Assembly: GCA_050012475.1 (NCBI GenBank) | Contig: JBEKHC010000119.1 | Location: forward strand, 1-13,471 | Direction: 5' to 3' | DNA from: Candidatus Velthaea sp. | Lineage (GTDB): Bacteria > Vulcanimicrobiota > Vulcanimicrobiia > Vulcanimicrobiales > Vulcanimicrobiaceae | DNA length: 13,471 nt | Shown: positions 1 through 7,330 of the stretch, one piece after another | Layout: the number at the start of each line of letters is the position of its first letter | Numbering within the stretch: the stretch's first letter is position 1 | Made by a program: the position numbers and the translations under genes | The notes under the pieces: generated by a model | Database searches by the model: none | Told to the model about the DNA's origin: nothing | What the model saw: only the letters and a program-made list of their open reading frames with translations

Positions 1-555
1 CGACGTGCTCTCAGCGCGCGCGGTTTGGATCATCTCGCGCAAACGCGGGTGATCCTTGGGTTGACCGGCGATCCAATCCTCAAACAACGGTACGGCGTTC
101 CCGGTTCGAAACAACCAATAATAACAGCTGAGATCGCCGAAGAAGGCGAAGCGCTTGCGCGCGTCGGCGAGCAGCGCGGCGTAGCTTGCAAAGCCGCCGA
201 TGTAAGCGTCGATGTTGCCGAACTCCTGCTCGATCGCGACGAGCGTCTTCGCATTGGCGACGGTGCCGGCGAGCTTTTTCTCGGAGTGAACGACGCCCTC
301 GGTGTGCATCAAGCGGTCGATCTCGAAGGTGCCGTACGCTGCAACGCGGCGCGTATCGAATTGTTCGAAGGCCTCGCGAAACGTGTCCCAACGGGTTCCA
401 ATGAACGCCCAGGACAGGCCGGCTTGAAAAATCGCGCGAGTGATTATTTCAAGATGATCGTCGAGCGACGGGTCGGTCACGCGGCGCGGAACATCCTCCG
501 TCGGCGTCGCTCGCTTCGGTATGCGTACAATAGGAGCAGTCCGGGCTTTTGGCAT
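1..555 (-). CDS. DNA-3-methyladenine glycosylase I (Tag)-like protein, 3' end beyond the window
   Basis: Manual translation from ATG at 555..553 is open to base 1 (185 codons): MPKARTAPIVRIPKR...HLEIITRAIFQAGLSWAFIGTRWDTFREAFEQFDTRRVAAYGTFEIDRLMHTEGVVHSEKKLAGTVANAKTL...FAFFGDLSCYYWLF. QAGLSW, FRxAFxxFD..VAxY and K..TxxNA are Tag family signatures. Confidence 0.88.
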   Translation of the reverse strand, partial: MPKARTAPIVRIPKRATPTEDVPRRVTDPSLDDHLEIITRAIFQAGLSWAFIGTRWDTFREAFEQFDTRRVAAYGTFEIDRLMHTEGVVHSEKKLAGTVANAKTLVAIEQEFGNIDAYIGGFASYAALLADARKRFAFFGDLSCYYWLFRTGNAVPLFEDWIAGQPKDHPRLREMIQTARAESTS

Positions 556-560
556 GACCT

Positions 561-569
561 ATGCTAACA
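561..569 (-). promoter_or_regulatory. Putative extended -10 promoter (TGnTAGCAT) for a leaderless tag-like transcript
   Basis: The minus strand reads TGT-TAGCAT-AGGTC-ATG: a TAnnnT box with a TG extension 5 nt before the start codon, and no properly spaced SD. Confidence 0.45.
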
Positions 570-922
570 CGGAGTTCGGGGTCACCGTTCTCAAGGCTCG
601 TCGCCGCTTGTGCAATCGCGCTTTGGTGCTGCCGTTGACGACTCTTGATCGCTGACCTGCCCTGCGATGCAGGCGCAGCTGTGCCCCATTTGGCTCGCGC
701 ACGGTGCGTGCGAAGCGAGCGTACCGCTGTGCATGCACGAACGGCATTGCCTGTTGTCCTGGCCAGAGGCTGAAGTATTTAAACATCATCTCTTCGATTT
801 TATGAAAACGTTTGCGATGACTGCGCTTCTCGATTGGAATTAGCGCCGCGGATAGGTCAAAGAATTTTGGAAGGTCTGCTAACGAACGACGCGTACAATC
901 CGTAGTCGATACATTGCGTCAG

Positions 923-958
923 TTGTCCCTACAAAGTTGAGACTTTATATGGTAGTAT
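923..958 (+). promoter_or_regulatory. Candidate sigma70-type promoter region for the polysaccharide operon
   Basis: AT-rich patch containing TTGTCC(923-928)-17 nt-TATATG(946-951) and an extended -10 TGgTAGTAT (950-958). It overlaps the inverted repeat AAAGT-N4-ACTTT (933-946). Confidence 0.35.
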
Positions 959-1113
959 TGCGGCGAATGACGTTGGACGCTCGATGTTGCCAAGCTAACG
1001 CTCGCGTGCGACCACGCGCCGGGGCCGGCGCCCAAGCCCGAGCTACCACGGATGCTGGTCGAAAACAGCCGGAGCGTACCACCGACGCTCTATCCCAACG
1101 AAGAGGCCGTATA

Positions 1114-2265
1114 TTGTCGACACTGCCGTGGCAGCGCCCGGTGTTCGTCGCGGTTCTCATTGCGCTCGCGACGACTCCCGCGCTTGCCAAACTTCACCCC
1201 GGGGATCGGGTCGCAGTTTTGGTCTATAACCATCCGGAACTTTCGGGTCAGTCGACCGTGGACGGCTCCGGGAACATTTCGTTGCCGCTTGCGGGTGGTG
1301 TCGATACGACGAATCTGGACCCGTCGCAAGTCGCCCAAAAAGTACGTTATCGATTGCAACCCTACGTGCGCAAAGTTGCCGTCGATGTGCAGCTGCTCGC
1401 CCAAGGGCAGTCAGTTTTCGTGTCCGGCGGCCCAGGCGGCGTTCTGGCGTACAGTCCGGGGGAGAATCTGAGCGGCGCTTTGGCGCAGTTACGTGCGCAG
1501 ACCGTTCCGGTCAACAACACGAACGCGCCGCCTGGACAGCAGGTAACGTCAGACTTCGATTTCGATCACGGACGAATCGACTTGCAGCACGTCGGTGTGA
1601 TCCGCGATGACCGGCTCATCGGCTCCTTTGATGCAACCACGAGCGGGCTCGGCACCGGCGGCTCAGCGGTCCTGCAACCCGGCGATACGATCCAGCTCCG
1701 CAACAAGCCCGTCTCGGTAACCGTACGCGGCGACGTAAAGCAACCCGGTGTCGCGTATCTCGATGCGACGGAATCGATGTCTGCTGCGCTTACCCAAGCG
1801 GGCGGCGAGCTTCCGACTTCGGCAACGAATAATATCATTCTCGAGCGGGGCGGCGTTCGTCATACCGTCGCGCTCGGCAGCCCGGAGTTTTCGCAGCCGG
1901 CGCAATCGGGCGACGTCATTCTGGTTCCGCGGGCTCCGACGATCTCGGTTGTCGGTATGGTCGTTAAGCCGGGCGACGTGCTGCTCAGAAACGACACGAC
2001 GCTCCTCAGCGCGCTCTACAGTGCGGACGGTATCCAGAAATGGGCCGATCTTAGAAAAGTGCACGTGCTCAGCCATGGCCAGAGCACGACCTACGACGTC
2101 ACGCGGTTAACACATGGCGACGTTTCGCAGAATCCGGCACTCTCCGATGGCGATACGGTGTTCGTACCCGAAGGGCATAAGATCGACTGGACTCCGGTGT
2201 TCGCTGCGCTTGGGACCGCGGTCGGCCTTGCCAACCGGTTCATACCGCTCCACTACATTCCATGA
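1114..2265 (+). CDS. Polysaccharide export OPX/Wza-family protein with SLBB domains
   Basis: Poly_export-like segment (LHPGDRVAVLVYNHPELSGQSTVDGSGNISLPLAG), about three SLBB/beta-grasp repeats (VxVxG..PG...GD.I.V) and a C-terminal amphipathic helix (WTPVFAALGTAVGLANRF). I moved the start from 937 to the in-frame TTG at 1114: SD AAGAGG at 1101-1106 precedes it and a signal peptide ending ALA|K follows. Confidence 0.9.
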   Translation: MSTLPWQRPVFVAVLIALATTPALAKLHPGDRVAVLVYNHPELSGQSTVDGSGNISLPLAGGVDTTNLDPSQVAQKVRYRLQPYVRKVAVDVQLLAQGQSVFVSGGPGGVLAYSPGENLSGALAQLRAQTVPVNNTNAPPGQQVTSDFDFDHGRIDLQHVGVIRDDRLIGSFDATTSGLGTGGSAVLQPGDTIQLRNKPVSVTVRGDVKQPGVAYLDATESMSAALTQAGGELPTSATNNIILERGGVRHTVALGSPEFSQPAQSGDVILVPRAPTISVVGMVVKPGDVLLRNDTTLLSALYSADGIQKWADLRKVHVLSHGQSTTYDVTRLTHGDVSQNPALSDGDTVFVPEGHKIDWTPVFAALGTAVGLANRFIPLHYIP

Positions 2266-2948
2266 ACGAAGCAATCGACAGTCGCGTTGTGTTCGGCATT
2301 TCGACGCACACCGAAACGCTGCCGGCGAAACTCTCGAGTTGTGCTCCGGCTGTGATGGTGTTTCAGGAGCGGGTCGCTTACAACCGGCTGCGCCGCATCA
2401 TGGACATTCTCGCTGCCGGCGTGCTGCTGGTCGTCGCGGCGCCGCTCGTTATTCTCGCCGGCCTGCTCATCTTACTCGAAGACGGCTCTCCGGTTTTTTT
2501 TCGCCAGCAACGGGTGGGACGTTTCGGCCGCCTGTTTACGATTTACAAACTGCGCACGATGCGCAAAGAGAAGTGCGTCGACAGTTTTTCGCCCACCGCG
2601 CTGCGGGATCCACGGGTCACGCGCGTCGGTCACTTGCTGCGGCGCTCGTCGATCGACGAGCTTCCGCAGCTCGTCAACATCTTGCGTGGTGAGATGACGT
2701 TCGTCGGGCCGCGGCCCGAGATGCCGTTCCTCGTCCGCGAATACCAATCGTGGCAGCATCTGCGCCATCTCGTTACGCCCGGAGTCACCGGTTTCTGGCA
2801 GACCACCTGCAGGTCGACCGTACCGCTGCATACGCCGCAAGCGACCTTGCTCGATCTGGATTACATCCGGCGGGCATCACATTCGACCGACGCCGCCGTT
2901 TTGGTGAAGACCATCCGGACATTGATCTCGACCGAAGGGGCATACTAG
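2262..2948 (+). CDS. Priming phosphoglycosyl (bacterial sugar) transferase, small PglC/WcaJ-C-terminal type
   Basis: Motifs RRIMDI, FFRQQRVGRFG, YKLRTM, DPRVTRVG, SIDELPQLVNILRGEMTFVGPRPE, PGVTGFWQ, LDLDYI. One hydrophobic segment. ATGA overlap with the upstream gene. Confidence 0.95.
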   Translation: MNEAIDSRVVFGISTHTETLPAKLSSCAPAVMVFQERVAYNRLRRIMDILAAGVLLVVAAPLVILAGLLILLEDGSPVFFRQQRVGRFGRLFTIYKLRTMRKEKCVDSFSPTALRDPRVTRVGHLLRRSSIDELPQLVNILRGEMTFVGPRPEMPFLVREYQSWQHLRHLVTPGVTGFWQTTCRSTVPLHTPQATLLDLDYIRRASHSTDAAVLVKTIRTLISTEGAY

Positions 2949-2950
2949 CA

Positions 2951-4261
2951 ATGATGAACTCCGCAGCCGCAATGTTCGAGCGGCGCCGCCTGGTATTGAT
3001 CGTCACCTTCGTGGTCGCGCTCGTCATTTTGCCCTTTGCGCTGATGGTTGTGAAGCCGACGTACATCGCGACATCGCACGTCGTGATGGTGGGCAAGGAC
3101 TCGATGATCCCCAGCGGCGACATGGGGATGCTCACCACGAGCCCAACCGTCCTGGGTCGCGTGGCAAGGCGCTTCAATCTTCCGGACGATCTCGGTGCGA
3201 TGATGTCGCGCGTGGACGCGAAAGTCTCGATCCGCTCGAGCGTGATGGCGATTTCGTATCGTGATAAGAGTCAAAAGCGGGCGCTCGACGTCACCAACGC
3301 GCTCGCCGATGAAACGGTGGCCTACTATAAGGATCTCTCGGGTGGCCAATACGATGCCATGATCGCCTTTTTGCGAGGCGACGCAAACCGGTACCAGGAC
3401 AAGATCCGGATCGTGGATCTGGCGCTGCAGAAAGCCGCCCAGCAAGACACCTTCGTCGGTTCGGACACGTCGCTCGAGACCCTGACCGCGCGCATCAACG
3501 ACTTACAGACCCAGCGCGCCGTTGCGTACGCTGCGCTCGTCAGCGACGAGGCCATCGCCGCCGCTCAGTCCGCACAGCCCGCCGAGATCGCTGGGATCGT
3601 CAAGCAGGAAGTGCTCGTCAACGATCCCTACGTAGCTGCGCTGCGTGCGGGTCAAGCGCGCGATGCGGCTCAATTGCAGTTCCGCCGGGCGCAGTACACC
3701 GATCGTTTTCCAGCAATCCCTGGGATGCAAGACCAGGTCGACCGTGAAAGTTCGGTGTTGACGGCTGCTGAGAAGGCCGCAGTGGCGGCGAACCCGGCGT
3801 CGAGCGCGGCTTACGCAAACACGGTTCTTGCCAAGCGGAACGCCGAGGCGGTCGCGGCAGGCGATCGGGCGAAGGTTGCCGCGATCGACGGAGAGATCGC
3901 CGCGGCGCAAAGCAGCTTGCGCGATCTGCCCGGCACGGGCAGCACCGTGAACGTTCTGCGCGCCCAGCGCGATGCGGCAAAGGCCTCGTACGCCGCGACG
4001 ATCGCGCGGCTCACCGAAACGCAAGGCAATCAGGCGGCGGCAGACACGCTCGGTTCCGTGGCGTTGCTCGATCATGCCGTTGCGGCAGCTCCGCGCATTC
4101 CACGTCTGGCGATGGACGTCATCGTGGCATTCTTACTCATTGCACTCACCGTCACGGTTGGCTTTGTGTTCGATATCCTCGATCCGGGCTTGCGTTCGCC
4201 CGAGGCGATCGAGAAGCTCTACGGTATCCCGGTGATCTCGAATCTCGGGTCGCGTAAATGA
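2951..4261 (+). CDS. Polysaccharide co-polymerase / chain-length determinant (Wzc N-terminal, GumC-like)
   Basis: N-terminal TM (LVLIVTFVVALVILPFALMVV), long Ala/Gln-rich coiled-coil region, C-terminal TM (DVIVAFLLIALTVTVGFVFDIL) and tail LRSPEAIEKLYGIPVI. Start placed at ATG 2951, after the upstream stop at 2948 and GAAGGGG at 2934-2940, not at 2750. Confidence 0.88.
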   Translation: MMNSAAAMFERRRLVLIVTFVVALVILPFALMVVKPTYIATSHVVMVGKDSMIPSGDMGMLTTSPTVLGRVARRFNLPDDLGAMMSRVDAKVSIRSSVMAISYRDKSQKRALDVTNALADETVAYYKDLSGGQYDAMIAFLRGDANRYQDKIRIVDLALQKAAQQDTFVGSDTSLETLTARINDLQTQRAVAYAALVSDEAIAAAQSAQPAEIAGIVKQEVLVNDPYVAALRAGQARDAAQLQFRRAQYTDRFPAIPGMQDQVDRESSVLTAAEKAAVAANPASSAAYANTVLAKRNAEAVAAGDRAKVAAIDGEIAAAQSSLRDLPGTGSTVNVLRAQRDAAKASYAATIARLTETQGNQAAADTLGSVALLDHAVAAAPRIPRLAMDVIVAFLLIALTVTVGFVFDILDPGLRSPEAIEKLYGIPVISNLGSRK

Positions 4262-4974
4262 GGTTTGACATGGAGAACACTCGACCGCAGCAATTCGGCC
4301 AGCTGCGCGCCCGCATCGAGGCGACGTTCGCGAGCCCGGCGCTGCTGGTCATCAGCTCGGCGGCGCGCGGCGACGGAAAAACCGTGACCGCCTTCGGGTT
4401 AGCCGACTCGTTAGCGCAAGCCCAGCACCGGGTGTTGCTCGTCGATACGAACGCCGGTGCGCCGACCCTGGCGCGCGTGCATCTGCCGCCGCCATCGAAT
4501 CTGGACTTTGCACATCTGCACCACGTGGCGTCGCCGGTCGCCGGGCAGCTGTTCGACGGCGTATCGCTGGCCGATCCGCGCTTCGAGGCGGGCACGTCGA
4601 TGGAATCGATCAAGGCCGCCGCAGCAAATATGCGACTCCACTATGATTTCGTAGTCGTCGATACGGCCGTCTTGTTGAAGAGCGAGCTGGCCGTTCTCTT
4701 CTCAACCGTCGCCGACACGACGCTGCTCACCTTGCGGCTAGGCCGCCGGCCATCACGGACCGACGAGCAGTTAATGGCCACGCTCAATCGAGCCGCGGCG
4801 ACCGTCGCGGGCTTGCTGACCGTGGAGCCGGCGATGATCAAGAGCTTCGCTGCTGCTCGCCAAGAAACGATCCCGACGATCCGTGTGCCCGCACGCCACG
4901 TGACGAGCCGGCACACGATCGAGCCAAAACCCGGTGCGTACGCCGTCGAGAAGGCGCGTCAAAGCCGGCTCTGA
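4258..4974 (+). CDS. CpsD/CapB/Wzc-C-like BY-kinase family P-loop protein, probably degenerate
   Basis: Walker A SAARGDGKT, A' VLLVDTN, B YDFVVVDT. Directly follows the co-polymerase with an ATGA overlap. An alternative start is ATG 4270 with TGAGG upstream. Confidence 0.85.
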   Translation: MRFDMENTRPQQFGQLRARIEATFASPALLVISSAARGDGKTVTAFGLADSLAQAQHRVLLVDTNAGAPTLARVHLPPPSNLDFAHLHHVASPVAGQLFDGVSLADPRFEAGTSMESIKAAAANMRLHYDFVVVDTAVLLKSELAVLFSTVADTTLLTLRLGRRPSRTDEQLMATLNRAAATVAGLLTVEPAMIKSFAAARQETIPTIRVPARHVTSRHTIEPKPGAYAVEKARQSRL

Positions 4975-5010
4975 GGAAACACGTTTGGCCCGAGTGTCAT
5001 CTGAGGCAGA

Positions 5011-5886
5011 ATGGCTAAGAATATCGTCATCGGCGGCGCCGGGTTCCTGGGCAGTCATCTGGTGGACCGTCTCACCGGCGGCGGCGAATCGGTTGTCGTG
5101 GTCGACAACCTCACGACCGGCCGGCTGAGCAATTTAGAGGACGCGATTACCCTCGGGCGTGCGACGTTCGTGTATGCCGACGTACGGAATCATACCGGCG
5201 AGCTCTCCGATATCGTCGGTTCCACGGGCATGAAAAAAGTCGATGTGATCTACACGTTCGTACCGCCGGATGCTCCGCAGCCAACGGCGGATCCGCACCG
5301 GGAAGCGGTCGATCCGGTGCTGCGCCCGCTCATCGAGATGGCCGTCGACCGAAAAGCACGTCTCGTCGTTTCGACCGCGCCGAAGCCGGATGCTGCGGAA
5401 CGAGAAATGGAACTGGCGCTCGCTGCTGCGGTTTGCGACCGCGGTTTGGATGCGCGAATCGTTCGCCTGCCCAACTGTTACGGCCCGCGCGCGCGCAACG
5501 GTGATCCGCTGATCGCGGCGCTGCTCGAAGCGGCCGTACAGCGGCGCGCACTGCCGCTCGAACACGCGGAGCAGGCCAGCGAAGCGTTCTATGTGGCGGA
5601 TGCCGTCAGCTGCCTGCGAAAAGTTGCGCGTCGCGATCAATCGCGGCTGCCGTCGGTCGAAATCGTAAACGGCGACGAACGTTCCGTGACCGAGATCGCG
5701 CGGATGGTAGCGCGCACCGCCGGACTGGACTTCGACGCCCACTATCCGGCCGGACGACCGGAGTTGCCGCAGCGACGGGCCTCCGAGCAGCGCGCAACGT
5801 GCGCGGCGTCGCCCGTGACACCGCTCGAACACGGTCTGCGTTACACATACGACTGGCTGGTGAACCAGGATCAGCTCTTCGTATGA
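5011..5886 (+). CDS. NAD-dependent epimerase/dehydratase (extended SDR; UDP-glucuronate decarboxylase-like), catalytic motif missing
   Basis: GGAGFLGSHLVDRL and VVDNLTTG Rossmann motifs, IVRLPNCYGPR, FYVADAV, PLEHGLRYTYDW. SD GAGG at 5003-5006. No YxxxK. Confidence 0.85.
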   Translation: MAKNIVIGGAGFLGSHLVDRLTGGGESVVVVDNLTTGRLSNLEDAITLGRATFVYADVRNHTGELSDIVGSTGMKKVDVIYTFVPPDAPQPTADPHREAVDPVLRPLIEMAVDRKARLVVSTAPKPDAAEREMELALAAAVCDRGLDARIVRLPNCYGPRARNGDPLIAALLEAAVQRRALPLEHAEQASEAFYVADAVSCLRKVARRDQSRLPSVEIVNGDERSVTEIARMVARTAGLDFDAHYPAGRPELPQRRASEQRATCAASPVTPLEHGLRYTYDWLVNQDQLFV

Positions 5887-7247
5887 CGGCAAAGAGCGGG
5901 TTCGAAGCGTTCATCGAGCGGTGGTATCTTTCCGTGGCGCTCTCGCTGTGGTTCCTCATGCCCGAGGTTCGGCGGCTCATCGATTGGCAAGTCGGGCCGA
6001 ATGCAATCTCGCTCCTGAGCGTCATTCCGCTGCTGTTTCTTGTGCCGCTGATCGTGCCCGTGCTGCGGAGCTTGGCGGCACCGCAAATAACGCTCCCGTA
6101 TCGCATTATCTGCTATTCCTGGCTGTTTGCCTTCGTTTACGGGCTTGTCGTGGCGTTCGCTGCCGGCGGACGGCTTGAAGCGATCTTTCAATTCCTCCAG
6201 TTCTGCTTACCGTTCGTGTGCGGGACGTGGGTGCTCACGCGGCGCGCATCGCGCGCCGAGACCTTCGCGCAGATCAATGGGACGTTTCTCTGGCTAGGCG
6301 CCGTGATCGCCGCGTACGGGATCTACCAGTTCGTCGCTCCGCCGCCTTGGGATGTCGCCTGGGTAAACTTCTCGGGCATGGCAAGCATCGGCGTTCCCGA
6401 ACCTTTTGGGTTGCGCGTCTTCAGCACGCTGAACTCGCCCGGAACGGCGGCGGTGTTTTTTGTCGCCGTGGCGCTCATCGGTCTGCATGGACTCGACCTG
6501 CGCCGGCCCGGTCCCGTCATCAGCGTCATGCTGTGCATCGCCGCGCTGGCTCTCACCAATACGCGATCGGCTTGGCTGGCGCTCGTGGTGGGGATCGTGA
6601 CGTTTTTCATCGTTAGTCCCAAGCGAGCCGTTCCGGCGCTCGCCATGGCCGCAATCTCCCTCGCATCGATCGTCTTCGCGATCAACGCTTCGACGTTACT
6701 AGGAGGCCAAGACGTTTCGACACAGCTCATTGCGCGCTTGGACACCTTGAGTGATGTCGATAGCGACTATTCGGTCAACGATCGCCGGCGCGAAAGCGCC
6801 GAGGCCGTGCACAAAGCGCTGGCCGAACCGCTGGGTCAGGGCCTCGGCACGGTCGGCACCGCAACCAAGTTGGGGGCCGGCGGCGGCGAACTCGTTCTCG
6901 ACAACGGCTATCTCTCGCGTTTCGTCGAAATGGGTGTGGCCGGTTTCGTGGCGTACCTGATCACGCTGGGCTGCGGCCTAGTCTTTTGTTTCCGAGCCCT
7001 CATCCGAGCCGGCGCGCAGAACGATCGAAGCTTACAGCGGATTGCCGCTACCGCGCTCGCCGTCCAGATGGCGTTGTTGGGGCTCGATCTATCGGGCGAC
7101 GCGCATCTTGCTTTAGCCGGACTGATCTTTTGGCTCCTCGTCGCACTTTCGTTGCGTCACGAACCCGAGGACGATGAGTGGGAACCGGCGCAAATCGTTG
7201 AAGGCCGAGCGCCGCCGGTTCGGCCTAACCGTACCTCGTTGGCTTGA
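5883..7247 (+). CDS. O-antigen ligase/Wzy-family polytopic membrane protein, likely the polymerase
   Basis: About 11-12 hydrophobic segments, with RVFSTLNSPG, LTNTRSAWLA, a large loop, PLGQGLG and LDNGYLSRFVEMGVAG. Start placed at ATG 5883 (ATGA overlap with the SDR stop). Confidence 0.85.
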   Translation: MTAKSGFEAFIERWYLSVALSLWFLMPEVRRLIDWQVGPNAISLLSVIPLLFLVPLIVPVLRSLAAPQITLPYRIICYSWLFAFVYGLVVAFAAGGRLEAIFQFLQFCLPFVCGTWVLTRRASRAETFAQINGTFLWLGAVIAAYGIYQFVAPPPWDVAWVNFSGMASIGVPEPFGLRVFSTLNSPGTAAVFFVAVALIGLHGLDLRRPGPVISVMLCIAALALTNTRSAWLALVVGIVTFFIVSPKRAVPALAMAAISLASIVFAINASTLLGGQDVSTQLIARLDTLSDVDSDYSVNDRRRESAEAVHKALAEPLGQGLGTVGTATKLGAGGGELVLDNGYLSRFVEMGVAGFVAYLITLGCGLVFCFRALIRAGAQNDRSLQRIAATALAVQMALLGLDLSGDAHLALAGLIFWLLVALSLRHEPEDDEWEPAQIVEGRAPPVRPNRTSLA

Positions 7248-7330
7248 TGCTCGACGGCGCGAGTCGATAGTGGGTCCTGCGCCGGACGGCGAACACTTCG
7301 GGCTGCGGGCTCCGCAGTGATGCCCAAGTA

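Noticed and set aside
25..567. 180-aa plus-strand ORF
   Set aside because: Antisense shadow of the Tag-like gene, which has clear family motifs.
559..789. 76-aa minus-strand ORF ending just upstream of the tag-like start
   Set aside because: No recognisable domain or well-spaced SD, and it overlaps the likely tag promoter. It cannot be fully excluded.
937..1113. 59-aa N-terminal extension of the OPX ORF
   Set aside because: Low-complexity Arg/Ala sequence ahead of a good SD, TTG and signal peptide at 1114. The ORF-track extensions at 2750-2950 and 5799-5882 are also rejected because they overlap upstream genes.
7303..7317. Hairpin CTGCGG-GCT-CCGCAG between the wzy-like and wzx genes
   Set aside because: Short GC stem without a U-tract; not supportable as a terminator.
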